This document shows positions 16,321-31,766 of a stretch of DNA of 64,000 bases, piece after piece. The notes beneath the pieces are model-generated. The model was not told the DNA's origin and made no database searches. It saw only the letters and a list, made by a program, of their open reading frames with translations. This stretch comes from the human T2T-CHM13v2.0 reference genome, Homo sapiens, in assembly GCF_009914755.1 (NCBI RefSeq), contig NC_060925.1; one strand, given 5' to 3'. Each line of letters opens with the position of its first letter. The stretch's first letter is position 1. Made by a program: the position numbers and the translations under genes.

Positions 16321-16999
16321 CCAGATAATACTACTTGAAGACATAGACTTCACATCTATGGGAAATTTTTATTCCCTTGGGGCATCTGATAGTACTTTGT
16401 GAAACTTAGAAATAAACCTTAAAATTCCCTTGACCTTTACTCCATTTATCTAATCCCTTTGATTTTTTTAACCTCCTAAGTACCTTATCTATCCAGTCTA
16501 TCTCTACTCCCAACACCCCAATGTAAAATACTGTCTTCTCTCAAGTGAATTATTGCAGTGACCTCTTACTTCATCTACCTGCATTTACTTTGACCCCTCT
16601 AAATGCTTTTTTACCCAGTAGCCATGGTAATCTTTTCAACATCTGTTGGATCTGTTCATGTGATCGCTCTGCTTAAAACACTTCATTGGCTTCCTGTTGC
16701 TCTGAGGATAAAGAACCATCTTAATATGGTCTACAGATCTCTTCACAGTTTTACCTTTTTCTACCTTCTGCAACCCCATCTTACATCTTTCCTGTCTTTC
16801 TGGTCTAAGATATACTAGCCTTCCTTTAGCCCCTCTCACCACTGAGCCTGTGCACATCCTAATTAACTTCTACTCATCTTTCAGTTCTCAGCTCTAGTTT
16901 GACTTTCTCAGGTAAGCTTTTTTTGTCTTTCTACAGGGTCACCTAGCACTCTATACTTTTTCACTGGACTCGTCAATTGCAATTTTACATTTGTGTTGT

Positions 17000-18450
17000 G
17001 ATTCAACAAATATTTACTGGATGCCTATTGTATGCCTATTTTATGCAATTTAAAACATCTAGTTTAGTTGCTGAAGGTATAGCAGTAAGCCAACACTAAA
17101 ATTCCTGCCCTCATGGATCTGATATTTGGGTGAGGTTAGCTATAGAGTGTCATGAAAAACATAAAGCAGAGAGAAGAGAATAGGAAGTGTGAGGGTAGTG
17201 GGAGTTGCAACTTTAGATAGGATGATCAGGAAGACCTTACTGAGAAGATGACATCTGCATTAAGGCCTAAAGGAGGTGAGTGAGAGAGCAAGCCATATGA
17301 GTGTTTGGGGAAATAGTATTCCAGGCAAAGGGAAAGTCGGGGCAAAGGCCAGTGAGCTACAGTGAGTGAGCAAGGGAGGGAATGTACTAGAAGATGAGAG
17401 GTAGGGTGAGGGCTAGATGGTGTGGGGCCATTGTGAAAAAGATGGGAAGCCATTAGAGGGTTGTGAGCAGAGAAGTGACATTTTCCGCGTTAGGTTTTAA
17501 GTCGCTCTTTTTTTTCTCTTCTCTTCTTTTCTTTCTTTCTTTTCTTTTCTTTTCTTTTGTTTTCTTTCTTTCTTTCTTTTCTTTTCTTTTCTTTTCTTTT
17601 CTTTTCTTTTCTTTCTTTCTTTCCTTTCTTTCTTCTTCTTTTTTCTTTTTTTTTGACAATCTTGCTCTGTCACCCAGGCTGGAATGCAATGCAGTGGTGT
17701 GATCTCAACTTACTGCAACCTCCGCCTCCCGGGTTCAAGTGATTATCCTACCTCAGCCTCCCTAGTAGCTAGGCCTCCAGGTGCATGCCACCACGCCTCG
17801 CTAATTTTTGTATTTTTAGTACAGACAGGGTTTCACTATGTTGGCCAGGCTTGTCTCAAACTCCTGGCCTCAAGTGATCCACCCGCCTTGGCCTCCCCAA
17901 ATGCTGGGTTTACAGGCGTGAGCCACTGTGCCCGGCCTTAAGCAGCTCTTTGATACTGCTGACTAGGATATGTGGCAAAGAGCATAGGGGAAGAAGAGGT
18001 GGTACCAAGGACTGAATCAAGGAGACCACGTGAGAGATGAAGGTGGCTTAGATCAGGGTGGGAATGGAAGAGATAAATGAGAAGTTGCCAGACATTGTAT
18101 GTGAAACAAGAGTAGAGGATGACACCAAGGTTTTTGGCCTGAAGCCAGATGCATGTAGTTGATATTCTCTGGGATGAAAAATTATTATTGTTGTCGTATA
18201 CAACTCCTGGGGCTGCTATTCATATAAAATATAATGCACAATGCACCCTTGTGGAGAAAGGCTAGAGGAACAGATTTTGCAGGAGTTTGGCTTTGGACAT
18301 ACTTATTTTGACATGCCTGTTAGACAGCCAAGGAGAATGTTGAGTTTGGGAATGTATACTGGCATATATTTCCAGTCCAGTCTAGAAATAATAAGTTTAG
18401 GAGATGTCAGTGTAGAGGTGGTATTTAAAAGTGTGGGTGAGATTATCAAG
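17000..18450 (-). mobile_element. L2 LINE fragment containing an Alu
   Basis: attcaacaaatatttactg 3' end plus purine-rich antisense L2 body. An adjacent plus-strand L2 piece lies at ~16430-16990. Confidence 0.65.
17507..17937 (-). mobile_element. Alu with tail expanded into a (TTTC/TTTTC)n tract (17507-17654)
   Basis: Alu body 17655-17937 with imperfect TSD ttaagtcgctcttt / ttaagcagctcttt. Confidence 0.9.
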
Positions 18451-18688
18451 AGAGTGAATACAGGTACTTGATTTGCTTGCCTCTCCACCAGATTTTAAGC
18501 TACATGAGGGCAGAGACTGACAATTTTTGCTTACCATTTTATCTGACTGGCACATAGTGGAAGCTCAATATTTAGAATGAGAGGTTGAACATAGTATTTA
18601 GTAAATGTCTGCCCAATGAGAGAGTGTTTTTAAAAATTGACAACAGTAACTATTGGAAGAAATGATGTAGCACCAAAATACTTTTAGC

Positions 18689-18981
18689 TTTTTTTTGGAG
18701 ACAGGGTCTGGCTCTGTTCCCCAGGTTGTAGTGCAGCGGCGCAATGACGGCTCACTGCAGCCAGGACCTCCCAGGCCCAAATGATCCTCCCACCTCAGCC
18801 TCCCAAGTAGCTGGGACCATACACATGTGCCACCATGCCTGGCTAATTTTTTATTTTATTTTTTTAGAGACAGGGTCTCGTTGTGCTGTCCAGGCTGGTC
18901 TCAAACTCCAAGGCTCGAGTGATCCTTCTGTCTTGGCCTGCCAAAGTGCTGGGTTACAGGTGTGAGCCACTGCGCCCAGCC
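18689..18981 (-). mobile_element. AluJ
   Basis: Diverged dimer with J-type features. Confidence 0.88.
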
Positions 18982-19847
18982 AATATATTCTTAATGTATT
19001 AGTCTCGTGTGAACACTAAGAGTGTATTAAATCTGGCCAGTATAAAAAGGCCTTTGTTATCTGGCAGAAAAATGTTTTTAAAATTTAGTATGATATATTA
19101 AAGACATATAACAAAGCATAGTAAATAATAAGATAAATTCCTGTGTATCTAACCAGTACTGAGAAAGGCTTTCTGCATTCTGCCACCAAGGTAATCACCA
19201 TCCAGTATTGGTCTGTATCATTCCTGTCTATTTAGTTATATTTTTTCTTTATGTATAGGTATCCCTTAACGCATGCTATTGCAGTTTCAAATATTTTATG
19301 TAGATGGTGTTCTGTTGTTTCGGTCTTTTTAGCATGCTTTTGATGTTCTTGTCTTCGTAGCATGCTTTTGATGTTCAACATTGTTGACTAGCATCTGTGT
19401 TGATATATACACTTTAATGCATTGATCACTGGATTATAGAGCATCTTTAAATTTTTAATCAACTATTGCTAATTTGTTTTCCAAAATGATTGTACAGATA
19501 TTGTTTATTATGTCAAAACTCTTGCTACTGATAAGTTAAAAATAGATTGTTTAACCTATGATGGCAGCCAGTTTAGTGTATTAATCTTTATTAACATAAA
19601 ATGATGTCTCTTTATATAGTATACATTAGAATATTACCTTCACTGGAGGATAAAGGAATTCTTATTGTTAAATCAAAATTAAACCTCAGATATTATGAAA
19701 AGATATTGGTTATAACTGAGTCTATAACTAGTAAATTAATTTTATGTTTGTGTCCATTATATCAATATTCAGGTCTCTACTTCATATATAATTGTATATT
19801 AAAAGTATACATATACTTTATAAAACTGTTTAAAAGATCTTCAGTGT

Positions 19848-20155
19848 ATTTTGTTTTTGTTTGTTTTTTGAGACAGAGTCTCACTGTATTGCCCAGGCTG
19901 GATTGCAGTGGCATGATCACGGCCCACTGCATCCTTGATCTCCTGGGCTTAAGTGGTTTTCCCACCTCAGCCTGCCAAGTATCTAAGACTAAAGGCATAC
20001 ACCACCACACCTGCCTAATTTTTTTTTTTTTTTTTTTTGGATAGAGACAAGGTCTTACTACGTTGCCCAGGCTGGTCTTGAATGCCTGGGCTCAAGCGAT
20101 CCCCCGGCCTCGGCTTCCCAAAGTGCTGGGATCAGTGTGAGCCAGCACACCAGGC
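19848..20155 (-). mobile_element. AluJ
   Basis: Diverged dimer with a long central T run. Confidence 0.88.
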
Positions 20156-22132
20156 TGAAAACTATTTAAATCAATGCTCATTTTTGTGTTTCCACATGTA
20201 ACATTATTTTAGGTGATGGTTTATTTATATTAAAATATGAACTAAATTTCAATTTTGAAGAATATAGATTCTGAATCCAACTGTGTGGTATAGTGATTTT
20301 AGTTGCAGATTGGTGATTGAACCACGCAAGTCTCAGCTTTCAATAATGTAGACAGTTTCTGAGTTACGTATAATATATATCTCCCACTCCTGATTTAATT
20401 TCCTAAGTAGGACCTGGTAATTCTTACTAGTTTATGGAATTCTGCATTTTCAACTCTCGTATGTCAAACAGAATTTAGCTAAACGTGTTCTACCTAAACT
20501 CGTTCTTGACTTGGAGGAAGAAACTATAGGGCAATTATAAGAGGTACAGTTGTTTGCTCAGAAATAAAGCTGCTTACCTACAATGTCTGTTGTACTATAT
20601 ATCTCAGAATTGCTCGGGGGAAAAAAAGAAAAATTCCAAGTCTTTTATTTCACTGTAGAAACTGTCTTATCTCTGAAGTGTTAAAAATTATTTTTCTTTG
20701 TACAAAGATTGTCCTTGGTCATTGATAAAATACTGGATAAGTAAAATCACATCTTTAAAAGCAGATCTGAAGCAAACATAATGCTAAGCCTGGTTTTTCT
20801 CCAATTCTGTAACACACTTGAAATTACTTCAGATTGAAGAACAAGAAAACAGGTTTTGGTACTTTATTTTCTAGTTTTTTGTGTAATGATAGAGAAGACA
20901 GGCAAATATGTTTACCAAAGAAAAGAATTCACCATTAAACTTCACCAGTCATTTTAAAAACTACTTAGTAGGAATCTAATTACATAGAAAAAAAGTTCAC
21001 TCATATTTTGTTAAGTTTTTTAAGGTTCTCTGAGTGCTCTGAACCATCCATTTTTAATACAATTGAGAAACCAAAAATTCAGCCTTTCCACTTCTTTCTC
21101 TGTCCTTCTTCTGTTCTCCAGTATCTCCCATTGACGTTACCTCCTAAATTTTCTCCCCTTCTTTTCTCCTGTCAACTCTGAAGCATATTTATTGAAAGAA
21201 TAAAATGCTATTACACGGCTGCAGCTCATTGGCTCTAGAAATAGGAGTATTCTTTAGTGTCTGTCTGTGGTTGTTGGGACTGAGATTGGTCACAGCTCAG
21301 TCAGTTATATATATCCTGACAGCTCCCTCTCCACCCCTGGCCTCAGTACTGTGCCCTGGTGTTTCCATACTGGTGCTGCAGAAATCCTAAGATGTTCCAT
21401 TTGTCCATTGGCCCAAGCTGCGTGACCAAATTTGGATACTTCTATGGATAGTGATCCCTTTCACACAAAACCTTGGTTTTTACTGTTCCCCCTTCCTCTT
21501 GATATGTAGTCTCTTAGTGGTGGGGAGAAAATACAATAACATGGTTGTAACTGTAAACTGTAATTACAGTGATTATAAAGAAGGGGGAAAGTTCCATCAT
21601 CTATATTCAACCACTATTAATATACCCTTGCAACTCTTACTTTCACACAGTTGCTCTCTCACTTTCCGTCTTTTCTTTTTTAGTTTAAAGCAGTTTTGAA
21701 GACAAATTGCCATATATTTTGCTGCTGCCCCTCCCCCTTTGTAAAATCAGGGTCCAACACACAGCAGTCTGAATGGGTGCTCAATAAATCCTTAATTACT
21801 TAATTTCACTTACTTTAAAATTTATTTAAAAGCCCTTTGAATTACAGAAGATAATTTTTTAGCGGCCAAACCATAAGAGCAAGGAGCCAGAAGACTTGTA
21901 TTTTTGTTTCAGCTTTGCTATTTATAAATTGTGCTGCTAATACAATCTGTTTCTTGTCTTTGGCCTTGAAATTTTTTTTAAATCTAAATAAAGGGTATTT
22001 AGACTGGTTGATCTTTAAAATACTTTATAGATTTCTGAGAAATTCCTGGAAGTGGGTAATTTCAGAGTTGAGCTGCAGTTAGTAGTTATAAGGCTTTAAT
22101 AAATAAGAATTTCGATCAAAACCACAGGGGTC

Positions 22133-22286
<154 letters not shown>

Positions 22287-22617
22287 TGATAAAGTCTGGG
22301 GGGCTGTCACAAGTCAAGCACGTACAGATTGGGGTCTGTCATCCCATTTCGAGAATATAAATTCCATGTGGGCAGGAATCTTTGTTCCATTCACTGGTAT
22401 CTCTAGCACCTTAGAATAATACCTTCTCACCTGTTTACTATTAGAGATTGATAAATGACCATTTCAAAACTTCATACTGTATAGCCTGTATGCATATGAT
22501 CTCCCATTGTTTATCATTTTGGAGTCATTTTTGCAGAAGTGTTATCCACCCAATGTGACTTTTGTAAAATAGCATCCTTTCTACAGAAACAGGAGTTTTT
22601 TCCTTCCCATAATTTAG

Positions 22618-23948
<1,331 letters not shown>

Positions 23949-24128
23949 TTATCCTCGTAGATCAATACATTAAGTCAGACATTTAGATTATATCAACAAA
24001 CAGATATTAAATTCAAAAAATAATAAGCCCCTCTATATAACTGGGATCACTAGGATTTACTAGGGATCAAGGAAGAATGTTGGTTAAATGAGGGAAAGTA
24101 TGTAATAGATAATTCTGAATCTTATTAA

Positions 24129-24441
<313 letters not shown>

Positions 24442-26631
24442 CTGTATCTTATTAAAATATTTCTGAAAAATTTAACAATTGAGATATTTCCGACAGTATA
24501 TAGAAAAAGCTTCTCTGTGCAAACCTTCTAGTGTATGTCAAGATAATATAATCTTGGAAACATCCAAAGTTCCAGCATCAGGAATATCATAATTCTATCC
24601 TTGTTTTAATGAAAATTAATCATTTGCCTTAAAATTAAAATATAAACAATTAATAAATATAATGAGAGATTTGAAGAAAGCAAAGAAGACTTGTAGACTT
24701 GAAATTGTTCTGCTATACAGACCAGAATAAACCAATTGCTGTGTTAGAAGCGAGTTGCCGCTGTTTTGTCAGTTTGTATTACTGCTGTTCATCACTGTGA
24801 ACTTCTTTAATATATAATAAGATAAGGCTTAGATTAGGATTAAGGAAGGTAGAGAAGAAAAGTGTTGTTTGGTAGTGTAGGTGTATATGACATCAGAGAT
24901 AGGAAAAGAAAGCTCCTGCCTGTATCTGTGATCTCATTATACGGACAGCTTTAACATATTGGGAGGAAGGAAGAGAAAAGAGGATGTGAGTACATTAGAA
25001 AATAGAAGGGTTTATATATATATATCTTAATACCTAGGAGTTAGTTTTAAAGTTTATATTGTGGGTTAAGATATAGGAATAGTAGTGAGCACTTCATGTG
25101 TGACTGAGACTTCTTTGTAGATAACCATATTAGGCTGAATGCTAATGGATATGCCGTATTCCTCTAAAGCTGTCCTCTTTTGAGCACAGAGATGTCTCAG
25201 CAATAATTATCTTCTCTTTGTTAGGATCTCCCAGCCCCATTGCCCTCTCCCTGCTTCCAGTCATTTACAGATTCCATCGCTTTTTCTTTTCTTCCCTCAG
25301 TCTCTTATCTACATACTAGTCTATATTGGCTTTTTCTCTCTTCTATCTGTAGGTATCCCTACAGCATCACCCTTAGAACATTCCTTTTAAGAGTATTGGA
25401 ACCTACAAGATGAAATTTAGATCAAGAATTTCTTTGCAGAACAAACCTACAAGATATAAGGAAGCTCTGACTTCTGTGAATTCAGTAATTCTTTCATAGG
25501 GTAGGTGGTCATCAGTTGTGGGATTTTGCCCTCCCTGTGCTTCCAAAATAAATGCAAGTGAAAATTGGGCTTAGTAGTTTCATAGTTTAAAATTAATCAA
25601 TGAATATTCTTTCAAATACACTTATAATGACTGTTAAGAAATTGCCTTTATATATGATTTACTATTTGAAGATTTCTCTTTACTACGTGATTTTAAAATT
25701 GCAAGTTAAATCCATTGTAACAAATTTTAAGGGGTATCAAGGCTGCTAAATTTCATTTAGCCTTTGCTAAAATGGAGGCTTATTTACATAGTATACTCAA
25801 AACAGTTTTATTCCTAAGTCATACCCTTGAAAAAAGCATCCTTTGAGTTGTTGAGTTTACTTCAACCTTTTGATGTTCATATGAGATATTTTAGTATAGA
25901 CTAATTCTTGACCAGGCTGAACTGTCAATATGCAAGATGGCATCTGTGGCATAATTTATTTCCTGGATTGTATTCTAGTGTGACTTGGAGGAAGATCTTA
26001 GAATCTGAAACAGAAAGAGATAGAGACAAAGGGAAAAGCAATTTTTTTTTTTTTAATCACAGAGAAATTTAGCAGCTCTTGAGAGGTAGAGGTGGGGCAG
26101 GGCAAAATTCCTTTAATGCCAGGTAACCATAAATGCATGTCAAAGTTTAAGAAGAAATAGTGGGTTAGTTCTTGGGAGTCCCGGTGCAATTTTAGCTTCA
26201 TAATTCATTATGTAGTTTTGTTTTTATTGCTGTTTTTTAACTTTTTATTTTGACATAATAGATTCACAGGAAGTTGCAACAAAATAGTACAGAGATAATT
26301 AGAGGCCCATAGGCAGTTATAAAAGTAGTCCAGAAAAGTCCCATTTACTTACTCTTCATTCAGTTTTCCTCAGCAGTTACATCTTACATAACTATAGTAC
26401 AATATCAAAACCAAGAAATTGATATTTTTATAATACGTGTCTGTATAAATCTGTGATTTTTGTCATATATGTAGATTTATCTAACCACTACCTCAGTCAA
26501 GATTCAGAACTATTGCATCACCACAAAGATCTCTCCCTGTGCTACCTCTTTATAGTCACACCCATCGCATTACTCCTCTCCTACTCCTCACCAGCCTTAA
26601 CCCTGGCAGCCACAAATCTGTTCTTCATCTT

Positions 26632-29506
26632 GTTGAACTGTGAGAATCCACTCATACACATATTTTTTTCAATAAATATTTTGGAAATTTTGTCTTGAAG
26701 ATTTCCAACAATTTGTAAAAAAAAAAAAAAAAAAAACCACATAGCTTAGAAATATAAAAAAAAATTAAGAAAAAGGGATGGCGTGAATGTATAAAATATA
26801 TGTAGATACTAGTCTATTTTGTCTTTTACTACCATGAGATATATCCAAATGTATTAAGAAAAGTTAATATTTATCAAGACTTATGCACACAAAGACCTTG
26901 TGTTCTGCCATATGCGGTCAAGAGAACTATTAAGAAACATAAAGATGCAGTATTAAGTCATAACTGCATAAAATTAACTGTAGTGCATACCATTCTATTG
27001 TAGTAATTTTGTAACCACCTCGCGTTGCTATTACAGTGAGCTCAAGTGTTGAGAGTATCTGCTGAAAATGATGATGCTAATCAGTTATCTCCACATGAGC
27101 AGTTCCTGTCTCCAGTAAATTGTGTTATGACGTTAAAATGTGATCTCTCACTGTGTTTAGTGCAATATCCTAACCTTGAATAATACCATGAGACCCATAA
27201 GAAATACCATTAGTGGTGGTGGAAGTGCTTCTAAGAAGCAGAGAAAAGTTACGACATTACAGGAACAGGTTGAATTGCTTGAAATGTACCACAGATTAAG
27301 GTCTGCAGCTGCAGTTGTCTGCCATTTCAAGATAAATGAATCCAGTGTAAGGAGCATTGTGTTTCGTTTTTTTTTTAAAAAGGAAATTTGTGAAGTCATC
27401 ACTTTTCATACACCAGCAGGTATGGAAACCCCACACGTTTTGTGAAATATTGTGTCTTTTATCTTGTATTGAAAATGCAGCTTTTTAAATGGGTCCAGGA
27501 TTTCTATAAGAAAGTATACCCATAGCCTCAAATATTATTCAAGAAAAAGCAAACTCATTATATGACAACTTAAAAGGAAGGTGAAGTATCTAAAGCTGGA
27601 GAATTTAATGCCAGCAAAGGATGGTTTGATAATTTTAGAAAGAAGTTTTGCTTAAAAATTGTCAGGATAACAGGAGAAGCAGCTTCTGCCTACCAAGCAG
27701 CAGCAGACAGGCTCCCAGACACCATTGAGAAAATCATTGAGGAGAATGGGTATCTGCTTGAACAAGTTGCTGTTGTTGTTGTTGTTTTGAGACGGAGTCT
27801 TGCTCTGTCACCCAAGCTAGAGTGCAGTGGCGCGATCTCCGCTCACCACAACCTCCACCTCCTGGGTTCAAGTGATTCTCCTGCCTCAGACTCCTGAGTA
27901 GCTTGGATTACAGGCACATGCCACCATGCCTGGCTAATTTTTTGTATTTTTAGTAGAGATGGGGTTTCACCGTGTTGGCCAGGCTGGTCTTGAACTCCTG
28001 ACCTCATGATCCGTCTGCCTCGGCTTCCCAAAGTGCTGGGATTACAGGCCACTGCACCCAGTCTGAACAAGTTTTTAATACAGATGAAAGTGTCCTACTC
28101 TGGAAAAAAAAAATGCCACAAAGGACATATATTAGCAAGGAAGAGAGGCAAGCACCACAATTTAAGGCAGATGGGGATAGGCTAACTCTACTGTTTTGTG
28201 CAATTGCGGTTGGGTTTATGATCAGGACTGCCCTTACCTATAAAGCTGCTAAACCCTGAGTCTTGAAGGGAAAAGGTAAACACCAGCTGCCCGTCTTTGG
28301 ATGTAAAATAATAAAGCCTGGAAAATGAGAACCCCTTTTCTGGATTGGTTCCATTGATGCTTTGTCTCTGAAGCCAGGAAGAACCCTGCTAATAAGGGAC
28401 TGCCTCGTAAAGTTCTTTTGATTCTGAGCAATGCGCCTGGCCACCCAGAGCCCCGTGTGTTCAACACCAAAGGCTCATTACACTCAGTACTTTATGAAAA
28501 GGATTGTCGGTGATATATAAGAACCCTTATATAGAACATCATCAAAGTCTAAAAGAATTGCACTATTGAAGATGCCATCATTGTTAAAGAAAAAGCCATG
28601 AAAGCCATCAAGCCCAAAACAATAAATTTCAGCTGGAGAAAACTGTGTCCAGATGTTACACGTGAATTCACAGGTTTTATGACAGAGCCAACCAAGGAAA
28701 TCATGAAAAAGATTGTGGATATGGCAAAAAAAGTTAGGGAGCTAAGAGTTTCAAGATACGGATCTTGGAGAAATTCAAGAGCTAATAAACACCACACCAG
28801 AGGAATTAACAAAAGATGACTTGATGGAGATGAACGCTTCTGAGCCAGTGCCAGATGATGAGGAAGAAGATGTAGAAAAAGCAGCACCAGAAAACAAATT
28901 GACATTAGACAGTCCAGCAGAAGAGTTCTAGTGATTCAAGACTGCATTTGACTTCTTTTACAACATGGACCGTTCTATGATACAGGCATTGAAACTAAAG
29001 GAAACTACGGAAGAAAGATTGGTACCATATGGAAACATCTTTAGAGAAATGGAAAAAGCAAAAAAAGTCAGACCTAAATTACATATGTTTTTGTAAAGTT
29101 ACACCAAGTGTGCCTGCCTTTCTGGCCTTCTTTTCACCTCTGCCACCACTGAGACAACAAGACCAACCCCTTCAGCCTATACACCATGAAGATGCAAGGA
29201 TGAAGACCTTAATGATGATCCACTTCCACTTAACGAATAGTAAATTCTCTTCCTTATGATTTTCTTAATGACATTTTATTTTCTCTAGCTTACTTTACTG
29301 TAAGAATATAGTGTATTATACATATCACATACAAAATACATGTTAATCACCTGTTGATGTTATGAGTAAGGCTGGTCAGCAGTAGGCTATTAGTGGTTTT
29401 GGGGGAGTCAAAGGTTATATGTGCATAATTTTAAAAGTTAGATGTGGGTTTTCAACTGTTCGGAGGGTCAGTGCCCCTAACCCCTGAGTTGTTTAAGGGT
29501 CAACTG
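26632..29506 (+). mobile_element. Tigger2 (pogo-family DNA transposon), near full length, decayed transposase, interrupted by an Alu
   Basis: HTH remnant KKQRKVTTLQEQVELL...FKINESSVRSI, plus FNASKGWFDNFRK, NTDES and LILSNAPGH. Right TIR ...aagggtcaactg followed by TA at 29507. The left TIR is missing. Confidence 0.88.
27768..28063 (-). mobile_element. AluS inserted in Tigger2
   Basis: Dimer with (TTG)n tail and TSD TGAACAAGTT. Confidence 0.9.
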
Positions 29507-29645
29507 TATTTACTACTCTTTCTATATATGGTTGACTTAATTTCCCCAACTTTGAGACGAAAGATGTTTGATGTGAAGTAGAGAGAAAATAAGGGTGGAG
29601 AGAGGGCTGTGAATCACCTATAAACCCCAAAGAAAACCTATGTAA

Positions 29646-30206
<561 letters not shown>

Positions 30207-30409
30207 TGATAAATAAGGAAGCCAGACAAAAGTATGGTGGATTGTGGCTTCATTTTTACATTAAAAAAATTTTTTAATACTTTTCTGACTCCTCAAATAA
30301 ATGCCAAGAGGTTTTGGAAAGTCCGTCCAATTCTTAGAACATTTCTGCATCATTAATTTAATGGAAAAAATGCTTTGTCACTTGAGGAAAACTGTTGGAA
30401 GGTGACTGA

Positions 30410-30542
30410 AAGGAAATCATGAAAGAGATTGTGGATATGGCAAAAAAGGTAGGGAGCTAAGAGTTTCGAGATATGGATCTTGGAGAAATTCAAGAGCTAA
30501 TAAACACCACACCAGAGGAATTAACAAAAGGTGACTTGATGG
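30410..30542 (+). repeat. 133-bp local duplicate of Tigger2 internal segment 28694-28827
   Basis: Direct alignment shows about 5-6 differences. The shared ORF-track peptide SSHLLLIPLVWCLLALEFLQDPYLETLSSL appears at both loci. Confidence 0.92.
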
Positions 30543-30548
30543 GTAGAA

Positions 30549-30568
30549 GGGAGGGAGGGAGGGAGGGA
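30549..30568 (+). repeat. (GGGA)5 potential G-quadruplex
   Basis: Five GGG runs with 1-nt loops, plus a sixth run at 30541-30543. Confidence 0.85.
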
Positions 30569-30768
30569 GAGGTGTGTAGTCACATTCTTTGGAAGCAGCT
30601 GGGTTAAAATTCCGTTTGAAGCCCTCCATTCTAAAGAAGCTTATAATTAGAAAACAAGAGAAAATGTTTTTGAACCTCATAAGATGGTAGTTTCTGTATC
30701 AGAAAACATTTCCCCCATGAAACAGTGTTACATCACTAGCCTATCTCATACAACAATAATCAGAACTA

Positions 30769-31766
30769 CACTTTACCCTTGAATGTCTCTGGAGTTAGAA
30801 ACACCAGGCTCCCAGAAGTCGAAAATTTGCAGGTAAAACTCAACTACTCATAGCCTACCATTGACTGGAAGCCTTATTGATAACATAAACAGTCGATTAA
30901 CACATAGTTTGTATGTTATATATATTATATAATATATTCTTAAAGTAAGCTAGAAAAAAGAAAATGTTATTAGGAAAAATACATTTACAGTACTGTATTG
31001 TACATCATAAGTTTACATAGTCTGTTTATAAGATATATTGACTGAAATGGCAGCAGGACCTCAGTCTATGGTACATATCAAGCAATGCAACTTGTTCTTG
31101 AAATGTCATGACTTTTCTTTGCTTCTTAGGAGCACTTCCAGCATCTCTAGTGGTGCTTCTTATGGGTCCCATGGTGTTATTCAAGGTTTAGGATATTGCA
31201 CTAAACACGATGAAAAATAACGTGAGAACCGTGAGAAATCACATTTTACTGTGATAATACAATTTACTGGAGATAGGAACTGCTCATGTGGAGATAAGTA
31301 GTGTCATCACAGGGTGTTTTAAGGGAATACTCTCTACACTTAAACTCACTGTAAGAGCAACACGAGGTGGGTACAAAATTATTATAGTAGAACAGTATGT
31401 ACTATGGTTAATTTTATGCAGTTATGATTTAATATTGCACCTTTATGTTTGTTACATTTCTCTGGACTGCATATGGCAGCATGTAAGGTCTGTTGGTGTG
31501 CATAAATTTTGATAAATGTTAACTTTTTTAAATACATTTGTGTGTATTTTATGGTAGTAAATGATAAAATAGACTAGTATTTTATACATTCACGCCATCC
31601 CTAGCTTTTTCTTAATTTTTCGATACTCCAAGCCATGTGGTTTGTCTGCAAGTTTTTTCAAATTGTTGCAAATCTTCAAGACAAAATTTCCAAAATATTT
31701 TTTGAAAAAAATCTGTGTATGAGTGGACCCACACAGTTCAAACCCATGTTGTTCAAGGGTCAACTA
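30769..31766 (-). mobile_element. Tigger2b-like internally deleted element
   Basis: Imperfect TIRs (cactttacccttgaa ... ttcaagggtcaacta). Both arms are reverse-complement homologous to the ends of the 26632-29506 element. Confidence 0.8.

Noticed and set aside
17453-17742. Lys/Glu/Arg-rich and Phe/Ser-rich ORFs
   Set aside because: Translations of the (TTTC)n Alu tail.
27176-29100. Tigger transposase ORFs as a domesticated TIGD-like gene
   Set aside because: Multiple stops and frameshifts, an Alu insertion and loss of catalytic motifs.
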